Below, piece after piece: positions 13,960-28,630 of a stretch of 64,000 nucleotides of DNA (position 1 is its first letter; each line of letters opens with the position of its first letter). Both the position numbers and the translations under genes were made by a program. The stretch comes from Vicugna vicugna (Eukaryota): the NCBI GenBank assembly GCA_013265495.1, contig MU058418.1, positions 2,813,491 through 2,877,490 on the forward strand, written 5' to 3'. The notes under the pieces were generated by a model. The model was not told where the DNA came from and did no database searches. It saw nothing but the letters and a program-made list of their open reading frames with translations.

Positions 13960-14960
13960 CCCACTTTTTGCAGTTCTTTGTAATTTGGCTTTGACTCTCA
14001 CTCACCACTGTCCTATAAATGGTTCTCTCAAAGATCACCAGTTGCCATCCTCCACCTTCTCAGCCCCTGTACCAAAGTGGGTACTACTGACCACCTCCTT
14101 TTTAAAACTCTTCCTTCAGCTTCCCAGATCCCTGCTGTCTTCCTGTTCAGCTATTTCTCTAACCCCTTCTCCCCCTGTTCCCTAAGTCAGGATTCTTCAA
14201 GGAACTGCCTAGTACCCCTTAGTTTGATTGCTCCCTTGGAAACTTCCCATGTTCTTACCCAATGTTCTGGCTTCAACCAACTCCTAAATGCAGACAACTC
14301 ATTTAAGTTGAAGCCTGGACCAAAAGCTTAAGTTGATAGATTAAGCCTTTAAGACCTAGGTACACATTTCATGTTGTCTTCTGATCTTCACCTACATGGC
14401 CCATTAATACCTCAAACCTAGTATGTCTGCAAGGGGACTCATGGTGTGTATGAAACCTGTTCTCTCCCTGCCCCCATGTTCTCCCCAGATCTCTCCATAT
14501 ACCTCCATCCTCCCACTCACCCACTGTGGAAATCTTGGCACCATCTTTGCCTTCCATATCTATTCTGACCCTGTAACTTTTATCACGATGGCAGCTCTAC
14601 CACTTCACCCCACCCCGTGATGTATTTTCTATTCCGACATTCTCCTGCTTCCCTCTTCACCCTGGGAGACTACATTGGACCTCCCCCAGGTTTCCCTGCA
14701 TCCATTCTCTCTATTTTCACTCCATTCCACACATTCTGAGTACAGTATTCTCCCTAAAACACAGTTCTAATCCACCTCATCAAAAACCCTCAGTAGCTCC
14801 CACTGCTTTGAGAATAAAGCCTAAACTCCTCAGCAGAGCCTTCATTGCCCTCCCTGAACTGGCGCCGACCCTCTCCTGACCGCCACGTACACTTTGCTCC
14901 AGCCAAAGACATGAACCCTCTGTCCTCTGGACACATCCCATGCTTCCTTCCTTACCTTTC
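13960..14960 (+). mobile_element. L2 LINE fragments
   Basis: Pyrimidine-rich, with L2 motifs ctgaccacctccttt, cctcaaacctagtatgtc and aataaagcctaaactcct. Confidence 0.6.
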
Positions 14961-16057
14961 CCTGTTCAAAATATGGGTTTCATAGTCTTCTAAAAGACCT
15001 CTTTTCTTTCTGTTAAAATATGAGTAACAAAGTAAGAGATACTGACCGAAGAGAAGATTGCCAAATCCCACAAAGTGGAATCACCCACCTCTTATTTCCC
15101 GTACCAAACAGAAAACACAGTGCAGATTATTCTTATCTGACAGGGTTACAAACAGAGTTTTGTTTGCTCATGGAATTCACCAGCTTGGAGTGGAACCATC
15201 ACCTTTTGAGAACGCAAACATTTTCTTGGTGACTCACCTGTAGGGGAAAGCATCAACTTTCCTGTTCTGAATTTCTGGAACAGAAAAGGGGCTCTGGTAG
15301 CAGATAAGATGGTAACAGAAGCTATCACTTCAAACCTGAAATCTTGTGACTGAGAGCTCCAGGAAGTCAAACTGTGCTAAAGATGGGATGCAAAAATTAA
15401 AAGGAAACTTCAGCCTGTAGAAATAATTGGAGGCACAGAGAAGATATAAGGTGCTTCAACGGGTGCTTGTTTCTCTTATATTCCAATTCCCAAGCCCTTG
15501 ACCATACCAGAAGATGGCATCAGAATGCTTTTAAGAAGCCCACATGTATAGCTTACCATCCAGGCGTGCCAAAAGAACTAGCTCTTTTGGAAAATCTAGG
15601 TGTGGCATCCTTTAATCCATTTGAAAAGACCCTAATAGTGTATCTTTCTGTCTATACAATATCTGAAATTTTAGACTATTCTTTTGGATTCCTTCTCCAT
15701 TTAGTGTTATTCTGTTCCTGTGGCCCTTGAGATGTTCCAATGCAGGCTGAAGCTGTAGCTTCTTAAAGTACAAAAGCACTTTGAACTCTAAAAGTCCTGA
15801 GAACATCAACAGAACAAGTTTAGGGAATTTTATGATTTCTTATCAGAGAGAGATTCTGGAATGTACAAGCTAGGCCTGAATCACTTGTGAGGGCTTCTAG
15901 CTGTGTCACCCTGGGAAAGGTATTTGATCTTCCTCAGCCTCATCTGTAAAATAGGATTATTAAGATTACTTTGCAGAATTTTAAGGATTAAAAATAGTGT
16001 TTTAAGAGACTAGCTCAAGACCTGGCATTGAAAAATTTCTTGCTAAGAGTAAAGTTC

Positions 16058-16240
16058 CTTTTTTTTTAAATTGAAATACAGTCAATTACAATGTGTCATT
16101 TTCTGGTGTACAGCACAATGTCCCAGTCATGCATATACATACATATATTCGTATTCTTTTTCACTAAAGGTTATTACAAAATATTGAGTATAGTTCCCTG
16201 TGCTATAAAGAAGAAACTTTTTTTAAAATCTATTTTTTAA
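16058..16240 (-). mobile_element. L1 3'-end fragment
   Basis: Poly(T) then aattgaaatacagtcaattacaatgtg...tatagttccctgtgctata. Confidence 0.75.
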
Positions 16241-16499
16241 CACTGTAAATTTGGGTGAAAAGGAAGACTATGTTGTCCTTCATGTAGAATCCTTTCTGTG
16301 TTTACAAGACACATAAGAGATTTTTCTTTAAAGGAAAAAAAAAATCTATGGTATTAAATGAGCTACTGTATGCCCTTTAGATGTATTACCATTTAATATT
16401 CCTATTTATTTAATATTCTTTCCAGACACTCCTTAGGTATGACTCTGGCACTTAATCACATTTAAAAGCAAAATAAAATGCAAGGAGCATTTCACATCC

Positions 16500-16870
16500 T
16501 GAGATAGATGTTCCCAGCATAGCCCCACTATTCCCAGAACAGAGCTTGATTTTCACCTAAGGATCCCCTCCCCCACTTTCAGCTCCTGAGGGCTGGATGA
16601 GGCTTCACCCCAAGTCCAGGGTTCGAGCAAGTGGCCCAGATGTGGCCAATCAAAACATCATATTCTCCAGCCACAGTCATTGATTTAGAGATGACCACAT
16701 GACCTAAATCAGTCCAGTGAGCGGGTCACAAAGGAATTATGGGAGTCACTGGGAAAGACACTCCCTCTTCCCTGCAGTAGACAGATCTGAGAGGATGTGA
16801 AGCTGAGGCTGCTATAGCCATGCTGTCACTGCATGGCGGTTGGTCAGGAAGGCAGCACAAAGAAGCAGGC
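16500..16870 (-). mobile_element. Old MaLR LTR fragment
   Basis: Motifs ccagccacagtcattgattt...gaccacatgacctaaatcagtcca and gaagctgaggctgctatagccatg. Confidence 0.5.
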
Positions 16871-17147
16871 TGAGCAATGGAGAGAGCTCAAAGTTTAGGA
16901 ACAGATGGGATTTGAGCACAGCAGGGGAAAAGTCCCTGAGCTGAAACGGCAGAAGAGGGTAAAGGATGCAGGAATTAAAGGGTGAAAGAGGAGAAAGAGA
17001 AGAAGGGAGCCTGGAGAGGGAAAGAGTGGATTCAGTAGGTAAACAGGAGGGAAGCACAGGAGCAGCTTCTCTGACCTATGAGGTCTGGCTCCTGTTCCTC
17101 CAACTTCTTCTGGAGGTCCTCCTCTATCACAGAAATTCAGTTACTAG

Positions 17148-17636
17148 TGTTGGGGAGGAAAAATCGTTTTCCCTCTGCCCTTCTAGGCTCTTGGCTTAGA
17201 CCCCTGTAATAAGAGAGATTAACAAGAGAAAAACATTTAATTACATACATAGATAGAAATGGGAGCCTCACAAAGATATGAGATTCAAAGAAGTGACCAA
17301 AGCAGGAAGCTTTTATACCTTTTAGACAAAGAAACAATAAATTTGTGAAGAATTAATAAGAGAAAGGGGTTTGAGGTTGGGTGACAAAGTAACAAGATTT
17401 GTTTATACATCCTTCTCAGCCCTGAATTCCCTATTTCAGGTGATAGAATACTTTCTACCCTCCTGGTACAGGGAAGGTACCTTTCACATGAGAGATTTAT
17501 CTCCTGCTTTCAAGAGGACAAAGGAGGATCAAAGGAGGGTCCTTCCTGTACTGGCTGTTTCTCAAGTTCCTTCAGTTAAAAATAATCAGTATGCCAAAGT
17601 GGTATATTTTGAGGAGACATATTCTGAGCCTCTACA
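17148..17636 (-). mobile_element. Solo LTR, ERV1 class (MER34-like)
   Basis: TG...CA termini and perfect 4 bp TSD ctag (17144-17147, 17637-17640). Minus-strand start tgtagaggctcagaatatgtctcctcaaaatataccactttggcata resembles the MER34 group. Confidence 0.85.
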
Positions 17637-19808
17637 CTAGCTATTAAAAGTGTGCAGCTTCCATGTACAGCTTCCCTCTTGGAATTTATTCAAAGGAAAT
17701 TATAAAGAATATGCACAAAGATTTGTGTGCAAGGGTGTTCACCGTACATTATTTAAGAGAACAGAAACTTGTGAACAATATTAATGTCCCACAATATATG
17801 TGCATGATATTTACTCATTTGGGTTTTGTGCGTTATGTGTGTGTGTATGTGTATCTATACTTCATATATGTATATACCCTTTATATATATATATTTGGTG
17901 AGTGTGTGTATATATATTCACACACTCACCCAATCTGAGAGGAGGTGCACACAAATGTTATAAACAATAGCTGTTTGGTGGTGAGATTACGGCAGGTTTT
18001 TCTCTAATTTGTCCATTTGCTTACCTGTATGTTTTAATTTATTGTAGTAAGAACATGTATTGTTGGTGGAATGAAAAAGGAATAAAACAACCAAGTGTCA
18101 AGGCTTCAACTGGGGTAGAGCTCAGCTGCTGCTGACTTGCTGCCAAGAGCTCTTTCCAGGAAAGCCAGGGGAGGTGCCCCCACCCCCTCCTCAGGCAGAG
18201 TCACCACCTGTGGCCCTCCTGTGGGACCCACCTGGACTGCAACTGCAAAGCTGAGTTTGGCCCCAGAAACCATACCTCTGTTGAAAAGGGACACATGGCA
18301 CATGAGGCTTTTGCTCACTGGGCCAGGTCATCACTGTTTTCCTTCCAGGCAGACAGGCCACCGCCCAGGGACCAGGTGTGCTGGGGGTGAGCTCACCAGG
18401 AGGGGGTAGAGGGCTCTCCTGAGTGCCTCCCTGGCCTCATTAGCACCTCACTCTCTGCTGGAACCAGAGCACTAAGACAAAAAGCATCTTCACAGAGGTA
18501 ATTGTACCTGTGGGGGAAAGACAGCCTTGGTTTGGGGGTGTGTTTTTCTTTTCCAATACATGAAAGCTCTTTATTTTTCTTAAATACTCTTCTAAAATGA
18601 ACTATACCAAGTCTACCTCCTCCAGTGGGTAGTAGCTGTCTTAATGGCCTCTTAGTAAGATCCATAGTTTTGTTTCCAGATACTAAATAGCAGTGCAATT
18701 TAAAACAACAATTTTGGAATTGTTCTTGATTCCCTTCTCACTTCCTCCCCTCTCCTACCCTATGTGATGCAAACTTGGACCTAAACCCTGACTGATTGGA
18801 AGTCTATTTCCAGGACAGTCCCTGTCCCTTCTTTCGCCTTCCAGTGCTGGTTCCTCTAATGTGCTCGCCTACGAGGCAGGATAGGGAAGGGGCCGAGGGT
18901 CTTACCCTGAAAGATCGCTGCTTTGCCTGGGAATAGCTGCTGCCTTCCTGGCCAACCTGGACTAACTGCCGATGCGCTCTGGGAGGCAAGCTGCTGAGTG
19001 CCGGCTTCCTCTGGGTGACACGTGTGTGCTTTAGAAGGACTTTAAGGGCAGGGATATGACAGATGCCCCTCAGTTCCTGTCACTGGATGTATACTCTACA
19101 AACTCTTTGGGCTCAAGCTCCCTGGGGAGTAGCAGAGTACTGTCTTGGGATGGGGATGGGATAAATCCAACTAGTGTCTAAGCAGCACACACTGAGCCAC
19201 AGGGAACTCATTCCCCAGCCTTGACAAACTGGGTGCATTCAGACTACCCCCTGCAACCCTTCTTTCTGCCTGCTTTTCTTTCTCCAAGTCTCTTCTCTGT
19301 GCCTAATGATGTACTGGTAAGTCAGAAGACCCTTTTCCTAATCAAATGTCCAAATGGGGAACTAATTTACACCCTGATCATTGTAAATTATTTTCCTAGA
19401 ACCCCCTCAGCAGAGAGAGTACGGCTACCCCCACTTCGCATCCCCACAGGAAGGGGAGGAATTGCCTCTCCTCATACCCACTACACTGCAGCAACTCTTA
19501 GGCTGACTTCTCTCTCCTTCCTAGTCTTGTTAGGTGGAAGATGGTCATTGGTGGTAACAGGGCACATCTGTCTCCTCTTAGGAACCCTTGGTTCTCTGAT
19601 TCCTGTGGATGTTGGCTCAGGTATTGAGAACCTCTCTGTTCTCACTCTTGAGTCCTAATAGCCAAGTCCAGCACAACAGGAAGAGTCCCATTCAATAGCT
19701 TATAATATGTTTAAAGTAAATAAAGTTCCACTTCCAGAGCTCTTCATTCTTTTGTGTAGATCCAGAATTTTATCTGGAATCACTTTCTTTCTGCCCAAAG
19801 GACTTTCT

Positions 19809-20279
19809 CTCTCTCTCTCTCTCTTTCTATTGAAGTATAGTTGATTTACAATGTTGTGTTAGTTTCAGCTGTGCAGCAGAGTCACTCAGTATTTTTACAG
19901 ATTATACTGCATTATAGATTATTACAAGATAATGGCTATAATTCCCTGTGCTATATCCTTGTTGCTTATCTATTTTATATATAATGGTTGGCATCTGTTG
20001 ATCCCATACCCCTAATTTGTCCCTCCCTTTTCCCTCTCCCCTTTGATAATCACAAGTTTGTTTTCTATATCTGTGAGTCTATTTCTGTTTTACATATGCA
20101 TTCATTTGTATTATTTTTTAGAGTCCACATATAAGTGATATCATACAATATTTTTCTTTCTCTGTCTGATGTATTTCACTAAGCAGAATATTCTGTAGGT
20201 CCATCCACATTGCTGCAAATGGCAGTATTTCATTCTTTTTTATGGCTGAGTCATACTCCATTGTGTGTGTATGCATATA

Positions 20280-20335
<56 letters not shown>

Positions 20336-21062
20336 TATTTCACATCTTCTTAATATCACTGTCTGTTGATGGGGACTTGGATTGCTTCCATGTCTTGGCT
20401 ATTATAAACAGTGCTGCTATGAACATTGCTGTCCCTGTGTCTTTTCAGATTAGTATTTTCCTTTTTTTTTTTCTGGATATATATCCAGGAGTAAAATTGC
20501 TGGATCATATGCTAGTTCTATTTTTGTTTATAAAGAAACCTCCATACTGTCCTCCATAGTGGCTGCACCAATTTACATTCCCACCAACAGTGTATAAGGG
20601 TTCCCCTTTCTCCACATCCTCTCCGACTTCTGTTATTCATAAACTTTTTGATGATAGCCATCCCGACAGGTGTGAGGTGATTCTTCATTGTGGTTTTGAT
20701 TTGCATTTCTCTAACAAATAGTGATGTTGAGCATCTTTTCAAATACCTGTCAGTCATCTGTAGATCTTCTTTGGAAAAATATCGATTCAGGTCTTCTGAT
20801 CATTTTTTGATTGGGTTATGTTGTTGTTGTTTTGATATTCAGTTGTATGAGCTATTTGTATATTTGGAATATTAACCCTTGTCAGTCACATCATTTGCAA
20901 ATATTTTCTCCCATTTCATAGGCTTTTTGTTTTGTTGATGGTTTCCTTTGTGGTGCAAAAGCTTTTAGGCTTAGTTAAGTCCCACTTGTTTATTTTTGCT
21001 TTTATCTCTTTTGCCTTATGAGACTGATCCAAGAAAATATTGCTATGATTCATGTCAAACGG
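19809..21062 (-). mobile_element. 5'-truncated L1 (ORF2 C-terminus and 3' UTR)
   Basis: ORFs with [18 protein letters not shown]...[12 protein letters not shown] and MEYDSAIKKNEILPFAAMWMDL; TSD aaggactttct at 19798-19808 and 21063-21073; tail converted to (GA)n. Confidence 0.92.
20262..20336. repeat. Compound microsatellite (GT)n(AT)n(AC)n
   Basis: Directly visible, inside the L1 at 19809-21062. Confidence 0.95.
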
Positions 21063-21462
21063 AAGGACTTTCTTTAACGTTTCTTATAGTATAGGCCTAC
21101 TAGAGATCAATTACTTCAGTTTTTATGTGTCTGAAAAAGTCTTTCTTTTGCATTCATTTTTGAAAGCTTTTTGCTGGGTATAGAATTCTAGGTTGATAAT
21201 ATTTTTCTTTCTGTACTTCAAAGTTTGTTGTTCCTCAGTCTTGTCACTTGCTTTGTTTTTGACAAGAACTCTGCTATCGTCCTTATCTTTGTTTCTCTTT
21301 TCATGTCATAACTTTTTTCTCTGACTACTTTTAGATTCTCTCTTTATGACTGGTTTTGAGAAATTTGATTATGATATACCTTGGTATAATTTTCTTCATG
21401 TTTCTCTTGTTCGAACTTACTTTGTTCAATGCTGGATATGCTTCCATTTTAAAAATATTCTT

Positions 21463-21720
21463 TTTTTTTTTTTACATTTTTATTTATTAATAATAATTTT
21501 ACAGTTTTGTGTAAAAATCCAGAGTTCAGTACAATTTTTCAGTCATACATGGACATATACACACTCATTGTCACATTTTTTTCTCTGTGATTTATCATAA
21601 CATTTTGTGTATATTTCCCTGTGCTATACAGTGTAATCTTGTTTATCTGTTCTACAATTTTGAAATCCCAGTCTATCCCTTCTCACCCTCTACCCCGCCC
21701 CCCCCCCCGGTAACCACAAG
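21463..21720 (-). mobile_element. Short, young L1 3'-end insertion
   Basis: Poly(T) tract, L1 3' UTR motif tttccctgtgctatacagt, C-tract, and perfect 14 bp TSD ttaaaaatattctt (21449-21462, 21721-21734). Confidence 0.85.
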
Positions 21721-24700
21721 TTAAAAATATTCTTGAGTGTTGTTCAGGGACATTGTGAGTTACTTGGAAATAGTTTGATCCTGTCAAGACTTGCTTTTAA
21801 GCTTTGTTAGGGAGGACCAGAACAGCCTTTAGTCTAAGGCCCCACAACTGAAACAATACCCTTCTGAGCACTCTATGCAATGCCCCATGTATTATAAGAT
21901 TTTCAACTCTGGTTGGTGGGAGTAGGGTCTATTTCCCAACCTGTGTGATCTCTAGGGATTGTTCCCTCTGATCCTTTTGGGTGGTTCTTTCCCTGTCCTC
22001 ATGTAGTTCCCTCATATGCATGTGCTGATCAGTTGAAGACTCAAAGGGGACTCTCTGTAGAAGTCCAGAGTTCTCCCTCTTATGTGGCTCTCTTTTCTCT
22101 AGTATTCTGTTCTGTGAAGTCTAGCTTCATTGGTCTTCTTGGAATCCCTGCTTCACCTTCTCTATTCAGGAATACTGCTAGAGTCCACCCGTATTCCTCT
22201 CTCAATGCCATGGCCTGGAAATTCTCTCCAGGCAGTAAGCTAGGGGCAGTCATAAGATTCACCTCATTTTTCCCTACTCTTTCAGGAATCAGTGTCATGC
22301 ACTGCCTGAAAATCCAATGTCCAATGTCTGAAAATCATTGGTTCAAATACTTGGTCTGGTTTTTCACTTTATTTGGAACCCTGCTTTTAGTGTGCATTTC
22401 CTGGAATTCCTGGAGTCATGGATGTTAGCTCTTAGATGGGCTTTTTAGGAATCATCTAAGTCCATACCTCCCATTTGCCAGAGAAGAAACTGAGGGAGGA
22501 GAAGGGAGCAGCCTGAGTTTGTGGCAGACCCTAAACTGAGCCAGGTCTCTTTTGACTTCAGAGCGCAGTTGTTTTGAAAGAAGTAAGCTCCTAGGAGAAA
22601 AGAAGGAACTTGGGAAATTTCAAATTAAGACTCCATCATGTCAAAGAGAAAGTAGAGTGAGTTGCTCTCAGTGTCTCACCGTCTTCCTTGTTTCAACATT
22701 TGCCATATTTGTGCCTTTGACGAGGTCGGCCCCTTAACTCAATTTCTGCATTGATAATGTAGAGCTTTCCATTCCCTCCAGATGTTCTCCACCAAGTCAG
22801 TCTCCTAGAATAACCGAATGATATTATGGAATCTCAGAACCAGGAAGAGGCAGATAGCAGAGCTGGGATTTAAGCTTATACCCCAAAGATGTCCCAAGGG
22901 AGCCTGGACATCATCTGAGCCAACATATCATATTATAAACAAGGAACCTGGGACCAGACAAGCTCACTGGTGCACCCAGACAGGGCTAAGATCTTGGTTT
23001 TGCTCTCAGATGCCCACCTCTGAAAGACAATGTGCTTAAGTGAAACAGTCAGCTCTGAATGATGCTGCATTTTAATATACGTTGAGCTCACCACATCATT
23101 TACTCGCAAGGACTGCTCCAAACCCAGCTGGAAATTTGTATCAGAAATTTTTCCAACTCTTTTTGTCCATATTTTCAGATCACTTACAATTGCCTGTTTT
23201 GCTTGTTCATCCATGCAGCAGAGTGAGAATTCCCAACAGGAACCTGGGGTCACTATGAGAGGAAGTTTTTGGAAGGGCAGACAAGTGTCAGAGAGAAGGA
23301 GGAAGAAGGAGGAAGGAAACAATGAAAGCAACAGCGCATTTTCCAGGTCATTTAAAAAGCCTCCAATCTGGACACTGAGTAGATAAGTATTTTTCTTTGC
23401 TTTAGGTCCTTTTAAGGAAAGACCCCCCTCTGCATTTACTTGAACACAACACTAATCACACACTTCTCAGCACGTAAAAGGTCTGGACGTTCAGGTTTTG
23501 ATGTCCAAGGCAACCTTGGCTTTGCTTTGTTGATCAGTCATCACAATGGGGCCTTTCACTGCAGGACCACGCGGTTCCGGGCAACGTGACCAAAGATCTG
23601 GCAAAGGCTCTGGGCAGCACAAAGGAACGGAACTTGTCTTTGTGCTGTGAGTGCAGTGTTGGTGTTCGGAGTAGCTTGTGATTGCTCCTCAGTTCAGAGC
23701 TCGGGCAACAGTCTGAGCCAACTCAGTTGCACTTTTTTACCTCTGTCTTGCACCTGAGGCTCCTCCGTGGCCAGAGATAAGCAAGGCTCCCAGGATAGAG
23801 ATGGCGGCAGGGACCACTTGGGGAAACACACGCTAGGTGCTTATATAAAGACATTTTATAGTGGTCCAAAAAACACCCCTCTGTACATACTGCAGTGATT
23901 AATTTAACTTCTTTTATGAACTTGTAAGTTTCCAGAGATTGTTGAATTAAGCAGAGTCTGAAAGTGGAGCATTTTCACATAGATAAAAGCATGGGAAAAT
24001 GAAATGGTGTCCTCAGGAAAAGCTTCATGGGAAAATATACCTTGTATCCAACTGAAGGAAAAACTGTTCCAAAAATTATCTTTAAGGCAGATTTACTGGA
24101 TATTACCTAATACTCCCCACGCTGCCCATTCAGCCTGAAGTGCTGCCTCCAGGGACTTTTGATCTCAATCCACAGGAAAAGACTTTAATCTGGGCAGGAA
24201 GGAGGGGGCCGGGCAGAGCTAGGCTGGAGTGGCATTCTGTCCATGGATTAGTCCTCATCTCTTGACGAGAGCACCAGAATGCTAACGGGGCATTCAACCC
24301 CAGAACACGGAAAGGTCCCGTGTACTTTCTAAACCATGAACAATTCATTATGTTTGGCCCAGTTTGGGGGGGCTAATGGAAAATGGTACCCATCATATGG
24401 AGTTTATTGAACTATGTGTACTCTGGACACCCTGCTGTGCTCCATTATCACAGTTTCACTGAGGACCAGCCTCCAAGAAAATCTAGAAAACCATGAGAAT
24501 ATTAATGACAAGATAAATGGTTTTTATCAAATTCTTACCCTATTCTCGGCTCTTTACATGCAATATCTCATTTAAGGCTGAAAACAATACCGTGAGGAGG
24601 GGATCAGCAGAGCCCCTATCTTATACAGGAGGAAACAGGCTCAGAGAGGTTCATGAAGTGGCCCAACATCATAGGACTTAGTGCCATGATTTAAATACAG

Positions 24701-26139
24701 GCGACGTGGACCCCCAGACCATGCACTTACCCACCAGCTATTGTAGGTATAGTCAGGGAGCAGAAGCAGGAGGCAGCAAAAAAGAGAGGTATAGTGATTG
24801 GAGTTGAACTGAAGGCAAGGCTTGGATAACATTCCCTGTGAATCTCCCAAAGCCAGGAGGGAGAATTTCCCTCCACTTCTGCGGACTGAGAAAATGCAGA
24901 GGAAATTTAAAAACAGAAACAAAATCCTACTCCAAAGGAGGAGCGAGAAGAGCGTTGATGGCAAAGTATCAACGAAATGCTGTGGTTTGTGCTCTTTATC
25001 TTTTCTCTCTGGGTCCCCTAGCAACAGTTAAGTAACATCGATGTTAACTCGAGTAACGTGCTGACTTAACTGTTCCTCCAGGCAGCATCACTGCTAAACA
25101 GAAACGCATGCTGATTTCTGCTCCGTTAAGCAAGGGAAACATCATCAGGATCTGCCTGGTGGAAAAAGACAAAAAGCAGAGAGAAAGATGTTTAAATTTC
25201 AAGGTTATGCAAAAACAGAGAAGAATGAACAGGTCATAAATTAGTTTTTGAACTATGAAGCTACTAACAAAATCCTAAAACTCACCAATATAGACAGAGC
25301 AGAGGATGTAAGAGGGTAGAGAGTTGTGATTGAGGCTGTTTTGCCACAACATATTGCTGCTGACACATTTTTCTAGTGTCTGAAAATAATCAGGCTTTAA
25401 AATACATATGCATTGTCTTTTGAGACGTGTGTAGCCTCAGGGTTGAAAAACAAACAACTCTATTGCCATGAGCTCATGCTGGAGTCGGTGTAAATTGCTT
25501 CCCCTCCTTATGTATAATGTTTCTAATTAGGACTATCATGGAGGATGAGCTTTGTGGGCTGTTGAATTGGCTCTTTGTGCTAATTGCAAACAGAGGGCTC
25601 TGTACTGGCCTGTGCTCAGCTGACCTGCTTCTAAGAGGCATCACTAGATAGGGAGGGTGACTCCCCCCAGTCTGCTCCCTGATGTCCCATACCAGGGAAA
25701 CACCGGAGGGGATGTGCCTTCACCCCCTCACCATACCTGTCATTAAAAACAAGACATTTTTTCAAGATATGTGAATAGACAATGACTGGTTTCTAGTTTG
25801 CCCTTTTACTCCAATAAGACCTTTATGATATGATGTAATTTCTTTTGTGTTATGATTCCTACTCATCTTGTATGAAACTTACAGGATTTAATCTACTTTA
25901 CGTAGTTCAAAATGAAGTCACAGTGGCCAATGTGAACAAGTTAGTTGTTTTGAAACGTGTGCTGTAGGACTGTGAGCATCTTCGAGTCATAAACTAAGAG
26001 TGTTACTTTCGATAAGGAATTTATTTAGTAACGTCTGCAGAAAGATTTCACCGGAACAGAAGGAGCAACTGATAGAGACAAGACCCTGGGGTGTAACCAT
26101 TGCACTCTACTGATGGCCTCGTTGAAAACAGACCCCTGA

Positions 26140-26369
26140 AATTGTTCTACTTCTGTGAAGAATGTCGTGAGTATTTTGACAGGGGTTGCATTGGATCTGT
26201 AGATTCCTTTGAGTAGTACGGCCATTTTGATAATGCTGATTCTTCCAATCCAAGAGCACAGGATATCTTTCCATTTCTTTGTATCATCTTCAATTTCCTT
26301 CATCAATGTTTTACAGTTTTCAGAGTGTAGATAACCTCCTTGGTTAAGTTTATTTCTAGGTATTTTGTT
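26140..26369 (-). mobile_element. L1 ORF2 fragment interrupted by the FUS retrocopy
   Basis: ORF 26025..26306 contains [35 protein letters not shown], typical of L1 ORF2. L1 sequence resumes at 28119 (ggtattttgttatttttgatgcaat). Confidence 0.9.
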
Positions 26370-28118
<1,749 letters not shown>

Positions 28119-28630
28119 AGGTATTTTGTTATTTTTGATGCAATGGAAATGTTTATGTCAGTTATAAAATTCTGGTTTTTGAAGTAAAAAGAAAAAAAAA
28201 GTGAATGAAGGGCAACAAATGGAAAAATATCCTTCTTTCTTATGGGTGAGTTGTATTCCATTACATACATATGCTTCATGTTCTTTATCCATTCAACCAT
28301 TGATGTGCACTTAGGATGCTTCCGTATCTTGGCAATTATAAAGAATGTTGTTGTTAATAGTGGGGTGTGTATCTTTTTTAATTAATTCTTATTTTGTGAT
28401 TGGCTTTATTCCTTTGATCATTATGTAAGTTTGAAAAGCTAAAGCTGTAAATGTTCTTAGAAACAATGAACAGTAAATATATGTAAATTTTTAAAATATG
28501 TGCAGTATATTGTGTGTATGTATTTACATGCGATATATTTATGTGTGCAGTCAAACTGTAACAATTCTACCTAATAAAACTGCAAAATGAAAAAACAAAA
28601 AAAGAAAACCATTGAAAAAATAAAAGAGAG
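28119..28630. mobile_element. Mosaic of L1 fragments (antisense ORF2 pieces, then a sense A-rich 3' end)
   Basis: Antisense ORF2 C-terminal motif VEWIKNMKHMYVMEYNSPIRKKDIFPFVA at about 28213-28300; AATAAA followed by an A-rich tail on + at about 28574-28630. Confidence 0.65.

Larger units (their letters stand above)
19700..22360 (-). mobile_element. Old L1 5'-region fragment hosting two younger L1 insertions
   Basis: Motif ttttgctgggtatagaattctaggttga, homologous to the older L1 near 39260; interrupted at 19809-21062 and 21463-21720. Confidence 0.7.
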
